Assembly (NCBI GenBank): GCA_946404035.1
Contig: CAMJCC010000003.1
Coordinates: 1 to 50,468 of the forward strand
DNA from: an uncultured Clostridia bacterium
GTDB lineage: Bacteria; Bacillota; Clostridia; Oscillospirales; CAG-272
Direction of reading: 5' to 3'
DNA length: 50,468 nt
The notes below the pieces were generated by a model. That model saw only the letters and a list, made by a program, of their open reading frames with translations, searched no databases and was not told where the DNA came from. Made by a program: the position numbers and the translations under genes. Shown here one piece after another: positions 17,069-27,758 of this stretch. Each line of letters begins with the position of its first letter. The first letter of the stretch is position 1.

Positions 17069-17884
17069 ATGAAGATCGGTGTTCAGGTCTATTCGGTGCG
17101 CGACGCCGCCGAAAAGGATTTCATCGGCACGATGAAAGAGATCAAAAAGATGGGGTACGACGGCGTTGAACTCGCCGGGGCGTACGGACTTTCGGCGGAG
17201 GAGATCCGTCGGGATCTTGCCGAGGTCGGACTGACCGCCATTTCGGCGCACGTTCCGATGGTCGATATGTACGGCAAACCCGAGGAGACCTTTGCGTTCT
17301 ATAAGACGATCGGCATCCCCTATATCGCCGTTCCCTATATGTCGAGCGAGTACAGACCCGGCACGGACCGTTTTCCCGAGACCATCGAGATGATCCGCGA
17401 GATCGCCAAGACCGCGAAGAAGAACGGGATGCAGCTCCTCTATCACAACCACGATTTCGAGTTCGTGAAGATCGACGGCAAATACGGACTTGACGTCCTC
17501 TACGACGCGATCCCCGCCGATCTGCTCCAGACCGAGCTCGACACCTGCTGGGTCAAGGTCGCGGGAGAGGATCCCGTCGCCTATATCACCAAGTACGCCG
17601 GGCGCGCCCCGATCGTCCACTTGAAGGACTTCTACAAGGAGGACAGCGCCACGCAGGACGAGATGTACGAGTTGATCGGCATCGCCAAGAAAGCGAAGCA
17701 GAGCTCCGCGTTCGAGTTCCGTCCGGTCGGTCACGGGATGCAGAAATTCCCGGGCATCATCGACGCGGCGGAGGCGGCGGGCAGCCAGTGGCTCATCGTC
17801 GAGCAGGACAGACCCAGTCTGGGTCTTACCTCGATGGAGTCGATCGACCTCTCGCGCAAGTATCTCCGTTCCATCGGTTACTGA
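17069..17884 (+). CDS. sugar phosphate isomerase/epimerase (xylose isomerase-like TIM barrel)
   Basis: GVQVYSVR, GYDGVELA, YHNHDFEF, ELDTCW, VHLKD, IVEQD. Confidence 0.88.
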   Translation: MKIGVQVYSVRDAAEKDFIGTMKEIKKMGYDGVELAGAYGLSAEEIRRDLAEVGLTAISAHVPMVDMYGKPEETFAFYKTIGIPYIAVPYMSSEYRPGTDRFPETIEMIREIAKTAKKNGMQLLYHNHDFEFVKIDGKYGLDVLYDAIPADLLQTELDTCWVKVAGEDPVAYITKYAGRAPIVHLKDFYKEDSATQDEMYELIGIAKKAKQSSAFEFRPVGHGMQKFPGIIDAAEAAGSQWLIVEQDRPSLGLTSMESIDLSRKYLRSIGY

Positions 17885-17897
17885 TCCGAAAAGAATT

Positions 17898-17932
17898 GCA
17901 AGCGTCCGCCCCACGGGGCGGGCGTTCGCTTT
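17898..17932 (+). terminator. probable intrinsic terminator
   Basis: gcgtccgccc / ggggcgggcgt hairpin followed by tcgcttt. Confidence 0.55.
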
Positions 17933-17956
17933 ATCAAAGAAAAATCGCCCAAACGA

Positions 17957-17985
17957 TTGCCAAATCTTTAAAAATAGAGTATAAT
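17957..17985 (+). promoter_or_regulatory. sigma-A promoter for the htpG operon
   Basis: TTGCCA-17-TATAAT; no CIRCE element seen. Confidence 0.75.
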
Positions 17986-18048
17986 ATACTCAAATAACGC
18001 GGGACGCGCTCCCGCGCACCAAGACAACAGGAAAGAAGATGATTATTC

Positions 18049-19911
18049 ATGCCTCAGGAAAACAACGCCCGGAAAGGCGGGATCTCGGTCGAAACGGAAC
18101 ATCTGTTCCCGATCATCAAGAAGTGGCTGTATTCGGAGAAAGAGATCTTTTTGCGCGAGCTGGTCTCCAACGCGGTCGACGCGGTGACAAAACTGAAGCG
18201 GCTCTCCTCGCTCGGCGAGTACGACGCGCCGGATGGAGAGACCTACCGGATCGACGTTTCCTTTGACAAAACGGCAAAGACCCTCTCGATCTCGGACAAC
18301 GGGATCGGGATGACCGAGGACGAACTGGACCGTTATATCTGCCGGGTCGCGCTCTCCGGGGCGCTTGAATTCGCCGAGAAATACGAGGGCAAGGGCGACG
18401 AGGGCGGAAACGGCATCATCGGGCATTTCGGGCTCGGGTTCTATTCCGCGTTCATGGTCTCGGACGAGGTCGAGGTCATCACCCGGTCCTACACCGGCGC
18501 GCCCGCCGCGCGACTGGTCTGCTCGGAGGACGGCGAATATACCGTCTGCACCGACGGGATCGAGCGCGGTCGCGGCACGACCGTCGTTCTGCACGTCAAT
18601 GCAGACGGCGAGGAGTTCCTCTCCGAATGGAAACTGCGCGAGGTGCTCAAAAAATACTGCGCCTTTATGCCGGTCGAGATCTACCTCACAGACGAGGAGA
18701 AAGCCGACGAGAAAAAAGAGGGCGAGGAACCGAAAGAACAGAAGCCCGAAAACGATATCCATCCCCTCTGGCAGAAGAGCGCCGCCGACTGCACCGAAGA
18801 GGAGTACAAGGAGTTCTACCAGAAGGTCTTTTCCGACTATCGGGAACCGCTCTTCCATCTGCACCTGAACGCCGACTATCCCCTCAATTTCAAGGGCATC
18901 CTGTTCTTCCCGAAACTGCGGGAGAACTACGAGAACCTGGAGGGAAAGATCAAACTCTACTACAACCAGGTCTTCGTCGCGGATAACATCAAAGAGGTCA
19001 TCCCCGAGTACCTGCTGATGCTCCGGGGCGTGCTGGATTGCCCCGAACTCCCCCTGAACGTCTCGCGCAGCTATCTGCAGAACAGCGCCTACGTTTCCAA
19101 GGTGTCGACCTATATCGTGAAAAAGGTCGCGGACAAACTCAACTCGATCTTCAAGGACGAGCGCGAAAAATACGAGAAACTGTGGGACGATCTGCGCACC
19201 TTCGTCGAGTACGCCTGCATCTCCGACCCGAAGTTTCTCGAGCGCGTGAGACCGTCGATCCTTTTGCCGCTTGAAAGCGGGAAGAAAGTGACCCTCTCGG
19301 AATACCTCGACGGCGCGAAAGAGAAGAACGCCGGGACTATCTACTATACGACCGACCCGGAACTCCAGGCGCAGTATATCGAGATGTACCGCTCGAGAGG
19401 GATCGAGATCGCCGTCCTGTCGGGTCCGCTCGACGTCCGCTTTGCCGAAACGCTGGAACAGAGCGCAAAGGACGAAGAGAAGATCAAGTTCCTGCGCGTT
19501 GACGCCGACCTTTCGGCGCTCGGCGGCGGGGAAGAGGAAGAGAACGAAAAACTCGCGGCGTACTTCACCGAGGCGGCGGGCGACGGGCTTAAACTGACCG
19601 TCAAGTGCCGTCGGCTCGGAGAGGAGGACGCGCCCGCCGTCCTGACGGTCTCGGAGGAGAGCCGCCGGATGGAAGATATGATGCGGATGTATATGCCCGA
19701 CACGCCCGCCTCCCCGAAAGAGGCGACCCTTGCCCTGAACCTCGCGTCGCCCCTGATCGGGAAACTTGCGGGAGAGGGCGACGAAAAGAGGGCGAAAGAG
19801 ATCGCCTCGTATCTCTTGATGCTGGCGATCCTCTCCAACCGTAAATTCACCGCCGAGGAGATGAAACGCTTCCAGAAAGACAGCGTTTCGCTCCTGAACG
19901 ACCTGCTTTGA
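18049..19911 (+). CDS. htpG: Hsp90 chaperone HtpG
   Basis: LYSEKEIFLRELVSNAVDA, DNGIGM, IGHFGLGFYSAF, LPLNVSRSYLQ. Confidence 0.96.
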   Translation: MPQENNARKGGISVETEHLFPIIKKWLYSEKEIFLRELVSNAVDAVTKLKRLSSLGEYDAPDGETYRIDVSFDKTAKTLSISDNGIGMTEDELDRYICRVALSGALEFAEKYEGKGDEGGNGIIGHFGLGFYSAFMVSDEVEVITRSYTGAPAARLVCSEDGEYTVCTDGIERGRGTTVVLHVNADGEEFLSEWKLREVLKKYCAFMPVEIYLTDEEKADEKKEGEEPKEQKPENDIHPLWQKSAADCTEEEYKEFYQKVFSDYREPLFHLHLNADYPLNFKGILFFPKLRENYENLEGKIKLYYNQVFVADNIKEVIPEYLLMLRGVLDCPELPLNVSRSYLQNSAYVSKVSTYIVKKVADKLNSIFKDEREKYEKLWDDLRTFVEYACISDPKFLERVRPSILLPLESGKKVTLSEYLDGAKEKNAGTIYYTTDPELQAQYIEMYRSRGIEIAVLSGPLDVRFAETLEQSAKDEEKIKFLRVDADLSALGGGEEEENEKLAAYFTEAAGDGLKLTVKCRRLGEEDAPAVLTVSEESRRMEDMMRMYMPDTPASPKEATLALNLASPLIGKLAGEGDEKRAKEIASYLLMLAILSNRKFTAEEMKRFQKDSVSLLNDLL

Positions 19912-20759
19912 CGGCGCGGGATCCCGCCGCCGTCGTTGCCGCCAACGCCGGGGCGCTGAAACGCGAAGAGACCAAACGCGAGGCGGGCGAGCGTCTGCTC
20001 GGGCGCGACGCGGCGACCCTGCTCGTCCCGGACGTGAAGACCGCGTCCGGCGACCCCGCCGCCACGGCGGAGGCGTTGTTTCGCGCGGGACAAACGGCAG
20101 GGCGCGACCTGACCGGTACGGTTTCCCGCGCCGCGTTCGTCCGTACCCTGCTTGAAAAGGCGGAGATCACCGAGACCGATCTGTTTCCCGTCCTTTCGGC
20201 TGTCGACCCCGTCCGCGTGGTCTACGCGCGCGCCGGGGCAGCGGATCGCGCCTACCGGCTCATAGCGGGATTGTTTTCCGATCTGCGCGTCGGGTACGCC
20301 GAGACCAACCGGGACGCCGCCGAGGGGGTCGAGAGCGGGGACGCGGATCTGTTGCTCTTGCCCTACGCCGACGCGGCGGGGAACCCGGTCTTATCGACCG
20401 AGGCGCTCGCCGACACGTACGGGCTGTATCTTTCCGCGCTCGCGCGCGTCAAGGTCGGCGACGGTCTGGTCTACGGGCTCTTCGGGCGGGCGATCCTGCC
20501 CGGCGTTTCGGGACGCGTGACCGTTCATCTGTCAATGCCGACCCCGGACGCCGAAACGCTTGCGGGGATCTACGATTTCGCCCGTCTGACGGGGCTTTCC
20601 CCCGACGGCGCGGCGTTCCCGTCCGGCGGACGGCGGGCGGACTTCGCCCTGTCCGGCAGCAAAACCGACTGTCTTTTTGCCGCTCTTTATTGTCTTGCTT
20701 TCTGTCCCGGGTGCGAACTCCGGGGTTGGAGAGCCGCTCAGCCGCTCTCCGAACGCTGA
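19908..20759 (+). CDS. hypothetical protein with degenerate prephenate-dehydratase-like and ACT-like domains
   Basis: TTG start overlaps the htpG stop. AAEGVESGDADLLLLPY parallels PheA 'AVESGEADYGVVP'; C-terminal LRGW parallels PheA LGSY. Start position uncertain. Confidence 0.55.
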   Translation: MTARDPAAVVAANAGALKREETKREAGERLLGRDAATLLVPDVKTASGDPAATAEALFRAGQTAGRDLTGTVSRAAFVRTLLEKAEITETDLFPVLSAVDPVRVVYARAGAADRAYRLIAGLFSDLRVGYAETNRDAAEGVESGDADLLLLPYADAAGNPVLSTEALADTYGLYLSALARVKVGDGLVYGLFGRAILPGVSGRVTVHLSMPTPDAETLAGIYDFARLTGLSPDGAAFPSGGRRADFALSGSKTDCLFAALYCLAFCPGCELRGWRAAQPLSER

Positions 20760-20786
20760 AATACCTTTCCGAAAGGGGAAAAACAA

Positions 20787-21050
20787 ATGCTGAAACGCTA
20801 TTCCTACACGACCCACGGGACCTGCTCCCGCCAGATCGACGTCACGCTTGACGGCGACGTGATCGAGGAGGTCGTTTTTCACCGCGGGTGTATGGGAAAT
20901 ACGCAGGGCGTCGCCGCCCTGGTCAAGGGAATGAAGGCGGAGGAGGCGATCCGCCGCCTCTCGGGCATCGACTGCGGCGGCAAGGGGACCTCCTGCCCCG
21001 ATCAACTCGCCCGCGCTCTCTCCGAAATGCTGAACGGCGCAGGGGAATGA
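20787..21050 (+). CDS. TSCPD-domain 4-Cys protein (TIGR03905-like)
   Basis: GTCSRQI, GCMGN, IDCGGKGTSCPDQLA. Confidence 0.9.
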   Translation: MLKRYSYTTHGTCSRQIDVTLDGDVIEEVVFHRGCMGNTQGVAALVKGMKAEEAIRRLSGIDCGGKGTSCPDQLARALSEMLNGAGE

Positions 21051-21091
21051 TCCCGACGGCCGCACTACTCTGACGAAGGGGACCGAATACC

Positions 21092-22898
<1,807 letters not shown>

Positions 22899-22906
<8 letters not shown>

Positions 22907-24020
22907 GGGGATCGGCGTCTATCTGCACGTCCCGTTCTGCCTCTCCAAGTGCCCCTACTGCGATTTCTGCTCGTTTCCGGGTTCACGCGAAGAGGACAGG
23001 GAACGCTACGTCGGGGCGGTTTTGCGCGAGATCGCGGAGCGCGAATTCCCGCGCCGGAGCGTAACGTCGGTCTTCTTCGGCGGCGGAACGCCGTCGCTGC
23101 TCTCGACGGCACAGTTCGACGCCCTGCTCTCCGCCCTTTCGTCGCGTTTTTCGATCGAGAGGGACGCGGAGATCACCTTTGAGATGAACCCCGCGACGGC
23201 GGACCGGGACAAGCTGCGCGCGCTCCGTTCGCTCGGTTTCAACCGGGTCAGCATCGGGTGCCAGTCGACCTCCGACGCGGAACTTGCGGCGCTCGGACGG
23301 GCGCACACGGCAGAGGGGTTCTTCGACGCCTACCGGGACGCCGTCGCGGCGGGCTTTTCCAACCTCAACGTCGACCTGATGTACGGCATCCCGCGCCAGA
23401 CGGCGAACTCGTTTGCAAAAACGCTCTCGGACGTCCTTTCGCTCGGTCCGACGCATATCTCCGCCTACGGGCTGATCGTCGAGGAGGGGACCCCGTTCTT
23501 TACCCGGCGTGATACCCTCGGGCTGCCCGGGGAGGACGCTGAGGCGGATCTGTACGCCCTCGCGTCCGAAACGCTCCGTAACGCCGGATACCGGCACTAC
23601 GAGATCTCGAACTACGCGCGCCCCGGCTACGAGTGCCGCCACAACCTGCTGTATTGGCGGCAGGGCGAATACGCGGCGTACGGTCTCTCCGCGTCCTCGC
23701 ACTTCGCCGGCGTCCGGGAGACCAACACCCGCGACCTCTCGGCTTACCTCGCCGCCCCCGCGGCGGCGGTCTCGGAAAGAACGGTCATAAACGGCGCCGA
23801 CGCCGAATATGAATATATCATGCTGGCGCTCCGGCTCTCGGAGGGGATCGACGAAGCCGATTTCCGACGGCGCTTCGGGCATCCATTCCGTGAGACCTAC
23901 GCCGACAAACTGGCGCCGTATATCGCGCGCGGACTGCTCGCGGCGGGAGACGACCGCACGGCTCTGACCGACGGGGGATTGTATCTCAGTTCGGCTCTGC
24001 TCCGGGATCTTCTTCCTTGA
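22899..24020 (+). CDS. hemW: radical SAM heme chaperone HemW
   Basis: [16 protein letters not shown] (CxxxCxxC), GGGTPS, YEISN, HNLLYW (HNxxYW signature); start reset to ATG 22899, overlapping the lepA end. Confidence 0.9.
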
Positions 24021-24040
24021 CGGGAAAACGCTTCTCCCCC

Positions 24041-24069
24041 TTGACAGAACGGGCAAAAAATGATAGAAT
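24041..24069 (+). promoter_or_regulatory. sigma-A promoter
   Basis: TTGACA-17-TAGAAT with TG extension. Confidence 0.8.
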
Positions 24070-24111
24070 AAAACCGAGGGAACAAAGCAAAACTATAAAG
24101 GAGAAAACACG

Positions 24112-24429
24112 ATGGCAGACCTGGAAAACAACCTCCCCGAAGAGGAGGAAGAGGTGGACGTCTTCACCCTGACCGACGAGGAGGGCAACGAGGAGCAGTT
24201 TGAGATCCTCGGCTCGATCGAACTGGACGGCAAGGTGTACTACGCCATGACGAGCGTCGAGGAGAAGAACGACGAGTACGTCATCCTCCGGCTCGAGGGC
24301 GAGGACGGCGACGACGTGACGCTGGTGACGGTCGACGACGACGATGAATTCGACCGCGTTGCCGACGAATTCGAGGATAAACTTTTCGGCGAGATCGACT
24401 ACGACGAAAACGCGTCCGAGGATAAGTAA
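24112..24429 (+). CDS. DUF1292-family acidic protein
   Basis: TLTDEEGNEEQFEIL...YY...LVTVDDDDEFDRVADEF; aaggag RBS. Confidence 0.85.
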   Translation: MADLENNLPEEEEEVDVFTLTDEEGNEEQFEILGSIELDGKVYYAMTSVEEKNDEYVILRLEGEDGDDVTLVTVDDDDEFDRVADEFEDKLFGEIDYDENASEDK

Positions 24430-24440
24430 GTTTTTTTAAA

Positions 24441-24641
24441 CCTGCTTGGTTAGTGATAGACCGGAGTTTGGACCTACAATTCTTTTATGGGAGCCCGGCT
24501 TACCCTGATGGGATGCAGACCTCCCGGCGGGAGCCGACTTGTTCCGCTGCCCGCACGGACGCTGGGAGCAACAAAGTCAGGGACGAAGGCATCCACCCTG
24601 TACTGACAGGGTCAGAATTTCCGGCTACACGGCCCGGCGGG
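24441..24641 (+). ncRNA. ssrS: 6S RNA
   Basis: Terminal stem (cctgct..gtg..tag..ccggag pairs with ttccgg..cta..cac..ggcggg). Central-bubble flanks ttggacctacaatt..gggagc and ggcatccaccctg..gggtcagaa resemble Firmicutes 6S RNA; about 200 nt. Confidence 0.8.
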
Positions 24642-24645
24642 GAAT

Positions 24646-24733
24646 TTACGCCCCGTCTGAAAGACGGGGCGTAACGTTATCCGTTTGGAAATTATGCGGA
24701 CAAAAAAAGACGGAGGAAACTCCGTCTTTTTTT
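24646..24733. terminator. two tandem hairpins, the second a bidirectional terminator
   Basis: ttacgccccgtct-gaa-agacggggcgtaa (24646-24674) and aaaaaaagacggag-gaaa-ctccgtcttttttt (24702-24733). Confidence 0.85.
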
Positions 24734-25595
24734 ATACGCTGCGGAAACCGCGGCCGACGATCTCGCTGGAGTTCAGGATGATGACGAACGCCTTGGGGTC
24801 GATCTCCCGGACCGCGCGGCGGAGCCGGATGCCCTCGATCCGTCGGCAGACCGTCACGAGCGTGGGCTTGGTTTCCTGCGAATAACCGCCTGTCGCGTCG
24901 AGAATGGTGGTCGTGTGACCCATCTTCTCGATGATGTGTCGGTTGATCTCGTCGGGTTTTTCGGTCACGATGAGAAAGCACTTGCAGACCGAAAGCGACT
25001 CGATCACGCTGTCGACCAAAAACGCCTTGGCAAACAGACCGAGGAGAGAGAACAGCCCCGCCGTCACCCCGAAAACGAAGAAGGACGAGCACGCGATGAG
25101 GAGATCGGTGCAGAGCAGGGCTTTTCCGGTATCGAGCCGCGTGTACTTTTTTAAGATCAGCGCGACGATATCGGTCCCACCGGAGGAGGCGTTCACGTAG
25201 AACAGGATCGACGATCCGATCGAGGTGAGCAGGATCGCGTAGACCAGTTCGAGGAACGGCTGCGACGTGATCGGCTGATCGAGCGGGATCCACTTTTCCA
25301 GCCCCAGCGTTTCGAGCGAGAAGAGCAGACTGCAAAAGACCGTGCGGACGCTGAAACTCTTTCCGACGGCGAAATAGCCGACCACGAGCAAAAGGACGTT
25401 GATCGCCGTGATCAGCGTGCCGGGGGTCACGTAGGCGTTCGGGATGGCTTTGCCGAGGACGGTCGAGATACCGCTCACCCCGCCGGTCGAAAAGCCGTTC
25501 GGGATCTTGAAAAAGTACACGCCGACGGCAATCATGGACGAACCGATGACCATCAGAAGAAAACGGAGCAGGAGTTTCCCTTTAGCGGTTTTCAT
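24732..25595 (-). CDS. YitT-family membrane protein
   Basis: FSTGGVSGIS, ASSGGTDIVALIL, C-terminal DPKAFVII..EIVGRGF. Confidence 0.9.
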   Translation of the reverse strand: MKTAKGKLLLRFLLMVIGSSMIAVGVYFFKIPNGFSTGGVSGISTVLGKAIPNAYVTPGTLITAINVLLLVVGYFAVGKSFSVRTVFCSLLFSLETLGLEKWIPLDQPITSQPFLELVYAILLTSIGSSILFYVNASSGGTDIVALILKKYTRLDTGKALLCTDLLIACSSFFVFGVTAGLFSLLGLFAKAFLVDSVIESLSVCKCFLIVTEKPDEINRHIIEKMGHTTTILDATGGYSQETKPTLVTVCRRIEGIRLRRAVREIDPKAFVIILNSSEIVGRGFRSV

Positions 25596-25599
25596 AGCG

Positions 25600-26523
25600 T
25601 CATTCCTCTTTGGTATCTTCCTGCCGCTCGTGGATCGCTTCCGCCGTCGGACGCGGCGGGTCGGCGGTCACGGTGGAAAAACCGTTTCCGTGTACGTCGG
25701 CGACCGAGTGCACGATGGTGAACGCGGTGGGGTCGATCTTTCGGACCAACTGCTGTACGCGGTAGAGCTGGCGCGGCGAGACCACCGTCATCACCAGGTC
25801 GCATTCGCGCTGCAGATACCCGGTCTTGCCGTGCAGGAGCGTCACGCCCCGGTTCATCTCGGAGATGATCGCCTCGGTCAGATCGTGCGGCCTGTTGGTG
25901 ACGATGGTCACCTGCATCTTCTGCCGCCCGACCAGCAGGACTTTGTCGATCAGGACGGTGTAGATCAGGACCAGGATCAGACCGTAGAGCACCTGTTCCT
26001 TGCTCGACCAGAACGCCTGCAGGATCAGGATCAGAACGTCGAAGACCCAGATCGCGAGCGAGACCGGAACGTGCAGGTACTTGTTGGCGATCAGCGGCGG
26101 GATGTCGGTGCCGCCGGTCGAGGACCCGCAGCGAAGAACGATCCCGACCGACAGCCCGATGAGCAGTCCGGCGTAGACGGTCGCCAGCATGACGTTGTCG
26201 GTCAGCTTCACGTTCAAAAGGTGCGGCTCCAGGATGGTGTAGAACAGGGGATAGCTGACCGAGCTGACCAGGGTGGTCAGCGAAAAACGCCACCCGAGGA
26301 AGATCAGCCCGACGACGAACATCGCGGCGTAAAAGACGTTGGTAAAGGCGGCGATCGGAAAACCGCTGACCTTATTGATAAACAGCGCGATACCGTTGGT
26401 CCCGCAGGTGATCAGCCCGTTCGGGTTGACGAAAAGGGCGTTGGTCGCGGCGTAAAGAGCGTTAGCCAGAACGATGGCGAGGATCTCGCACGTCAGCCGC
26501 AGTTTCGGATATTTTAAGAACAC
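25600..26523 (-). CDS. YitT-family membrane protein
   Basis: GLITCGTNGIA, SSTGGTDI, RGVTLL, DPTAFTIV..DVHGNGF; GTG start after aaggag. Confidence 0.9.
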   Translation of the reverse strand: MFLKYPKLRLTCEILAIVLANALYAATNALFVNPNGLITCGTNGIALFINKVSGFPIAAFTNVFYAAMFVVGLIFLGWRFSLTTLVSSVSYPLFYTILEPHLLNVKLTDNVMLATVYAGLLIGLSVGIVLRCGSSTGGTDIPPLIANKYLHVPVSLAIWVFDVLILILQAFWSSKEQVLYGLILVLIYTVLIDKVLLVGRQKMQVTIVTNRPHDLTEAIISEMNRGVTLLHGKTGYLQRECDLVMTVVSPRQLYRVQQLVRKIDPTAFTIVHSVADVHGNGFSTVTADPPRPTAEAIHERQEDTKEE

Positions 26524-26611
26524 TTGATGCTCCTTTTCCCGAATGAGGACCGGGCGGCAGGTCGTCGCGTCGCGCTTTCTCTGCCGCCCGGATGGTTTTT
26601 CGGGTATCTAC

Positions 26612-27217
26612 TTACTTTTCGATTTTCGCAAGGATCTTTTCAAGCAGTTCGGTCTGCTTGGCGCTGGTTTCGTAGAACGCCTTAAGCTGTGCCTCTTTCT
26701 CGGCGACGGCTGCGGCGGCTTCCGCGTCGGCTTTCGCCTTGGCTTCGGCGGCGAGGGCGGCTTCCTCTTCGGCTTTCTTCTTCGCTTCTTCGGCTTTCGC
26801 TCTCTCGCGGTACGCAAAACGCTCCTGCGACTTGCGGATCAGGCGGACGACCACGAAAATGGTCAGCGCGATGATCAGGAAGTTGACGATCGCCTGGAGG
26901 AACAGACCGTACTGGATGTGCCCGGCGCCGGTGCCCTCGACGATCACTTTCTTGCCGTTCTCGATCAGGAACTCGCCGTTTTCGTCCAAGACGTAATCCG
27001 GCGCCTTGACCCATGCGTCAAGGTCGGCAAGCGACGCTTTGCCGGTGAGAAGACCGACCAGCGGCATGATGATGTTGTTGACCAGCGAGGTGATGATGGC
27101 GTTGAACGCGCCGCCGATGACGACCGCAACGGCCAGGTCCAGGATATTGCCTTTGGTAATGAACGCTTTGAAATCGGCCCAGAACGAGCTCTTTTTCTTT
27201 TCCTTGTTCTTTTTCAT
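26612..27217 (-). CDS. mscL: large-conductance mechanosensitive channel, elongated variant
   Basis: DFKAFITKGNILDLAVAVVIGGAF, IIMP, YGLFLQAIVNFLIIA, ELLEKI. Confidence 0.92.
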   Translation of the reverse strand: MKKNKEKKKSSFWADFKAFITKGNILDLAVAVVIGGAFNAIITSLVNNIIMPLVGLLTGKASLADLDAWVKAPDYVLDENGEFLIENGKKVIVEGTGAGHIQYGLFLQAIVNFLIIALTIFVVVRLIRKSQERFAYRERAKAEEAKKKAEEEAALAAEAKAKADAEAAAAVAEKEAQLKAFYETSAKQTELLEKILAKIEK

Positions 27218-27276
27218 TTCCGGGGGAAACTCCTTTCGTTTTTTCGTTTCGCGCGGGTCTTGTGTTTCCTATACTA

Positions 27277-27305
27277 AATATACACCAAAAAAAGAAAAAA
27301 GTCAA
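27277..27305 (-). promoter_or_regulatory. sigma-A promoter for mscL-yitT-yitT
   Basis: Minus strand TTGACT-17-TATATT. Confidence 0.6.
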
Positions 27306-27417
27306 CCCCGTGACCAGAAAAGCGTCCCGGTTTTCAAGCGATGCGTAAAAAGTCCGTTTTATTGAACGTACCTTGCCGTAGAATAAGGTCGAAAACAGGA
27401 AAACGGAGGGACCAAAA

Positions 27418-27705
27418 ATGAAAAAGAAGACCCAACCCAAAACGAGAAGAAGCTATCGGCTGATCGGCGTGACGACCTTTCTTTCGCTGGTGATCTCGGT
27501 CCTTTGCGGCGTGTTCGTTTCGTTCGACGCATGTTTGTCCGCCGTGTTCGGCGGGATCACGGTCATCACGCTGGGCGCGATCCTCTCTGCCGGGCTCGAG
27601 AGCGCGGCAGAGATCCGGCGCGAGCGGAACGAGGCGGGCGGGTTCGGCGTCGTTTCGGGGGAAAAAACCGCAACGCTCTTGACAAAACGCGCAAAAAGAG
27701 TATAA
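27418..27705 (+). CDS. small hypothetical membrane protein (2 TM)
   Basis: ggagg RBS, basic N-terminus, two hydrophobic segments; no family recognised. Confidence 0.6.
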   Translation: MKKKTQPKTRRSYRLIGVTTFLSLVISVLCGVFVSFDACLSAVFGGITVITLGAILSAGLESAAEIRRERNEAGGFGVVSGEKTATLLTKRAKRV

Positions 27706-27706
27706 T
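27679..27706 (+). promoter_or_regulatory. sigma-A promoter for asnA
   Basis: TTGACA-16-TATAAT inside the 3' end of the upstream ORF. Confidence 0.75.
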
Positions 27707-27758
27707 TATTACATTCTGTTTTCCATAGGAGGTCGCCGGTTTTTCCGGTGAAAACGGT

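Noticed and set aside
18039-18266. Out-of-frame 75-aa ORF starting 10 nt before htpG with a plausible AGGA spacing
   Set aside because: Composition is that of a shadow frame of htpG and nothing else supports it; ribosome profiling would be needed.
24453-24781. ORFs of 73 and 80 aa after DUF1292
   Set aside because: They overlap the 6S-like RNA and terminators, which explain the sequence better.
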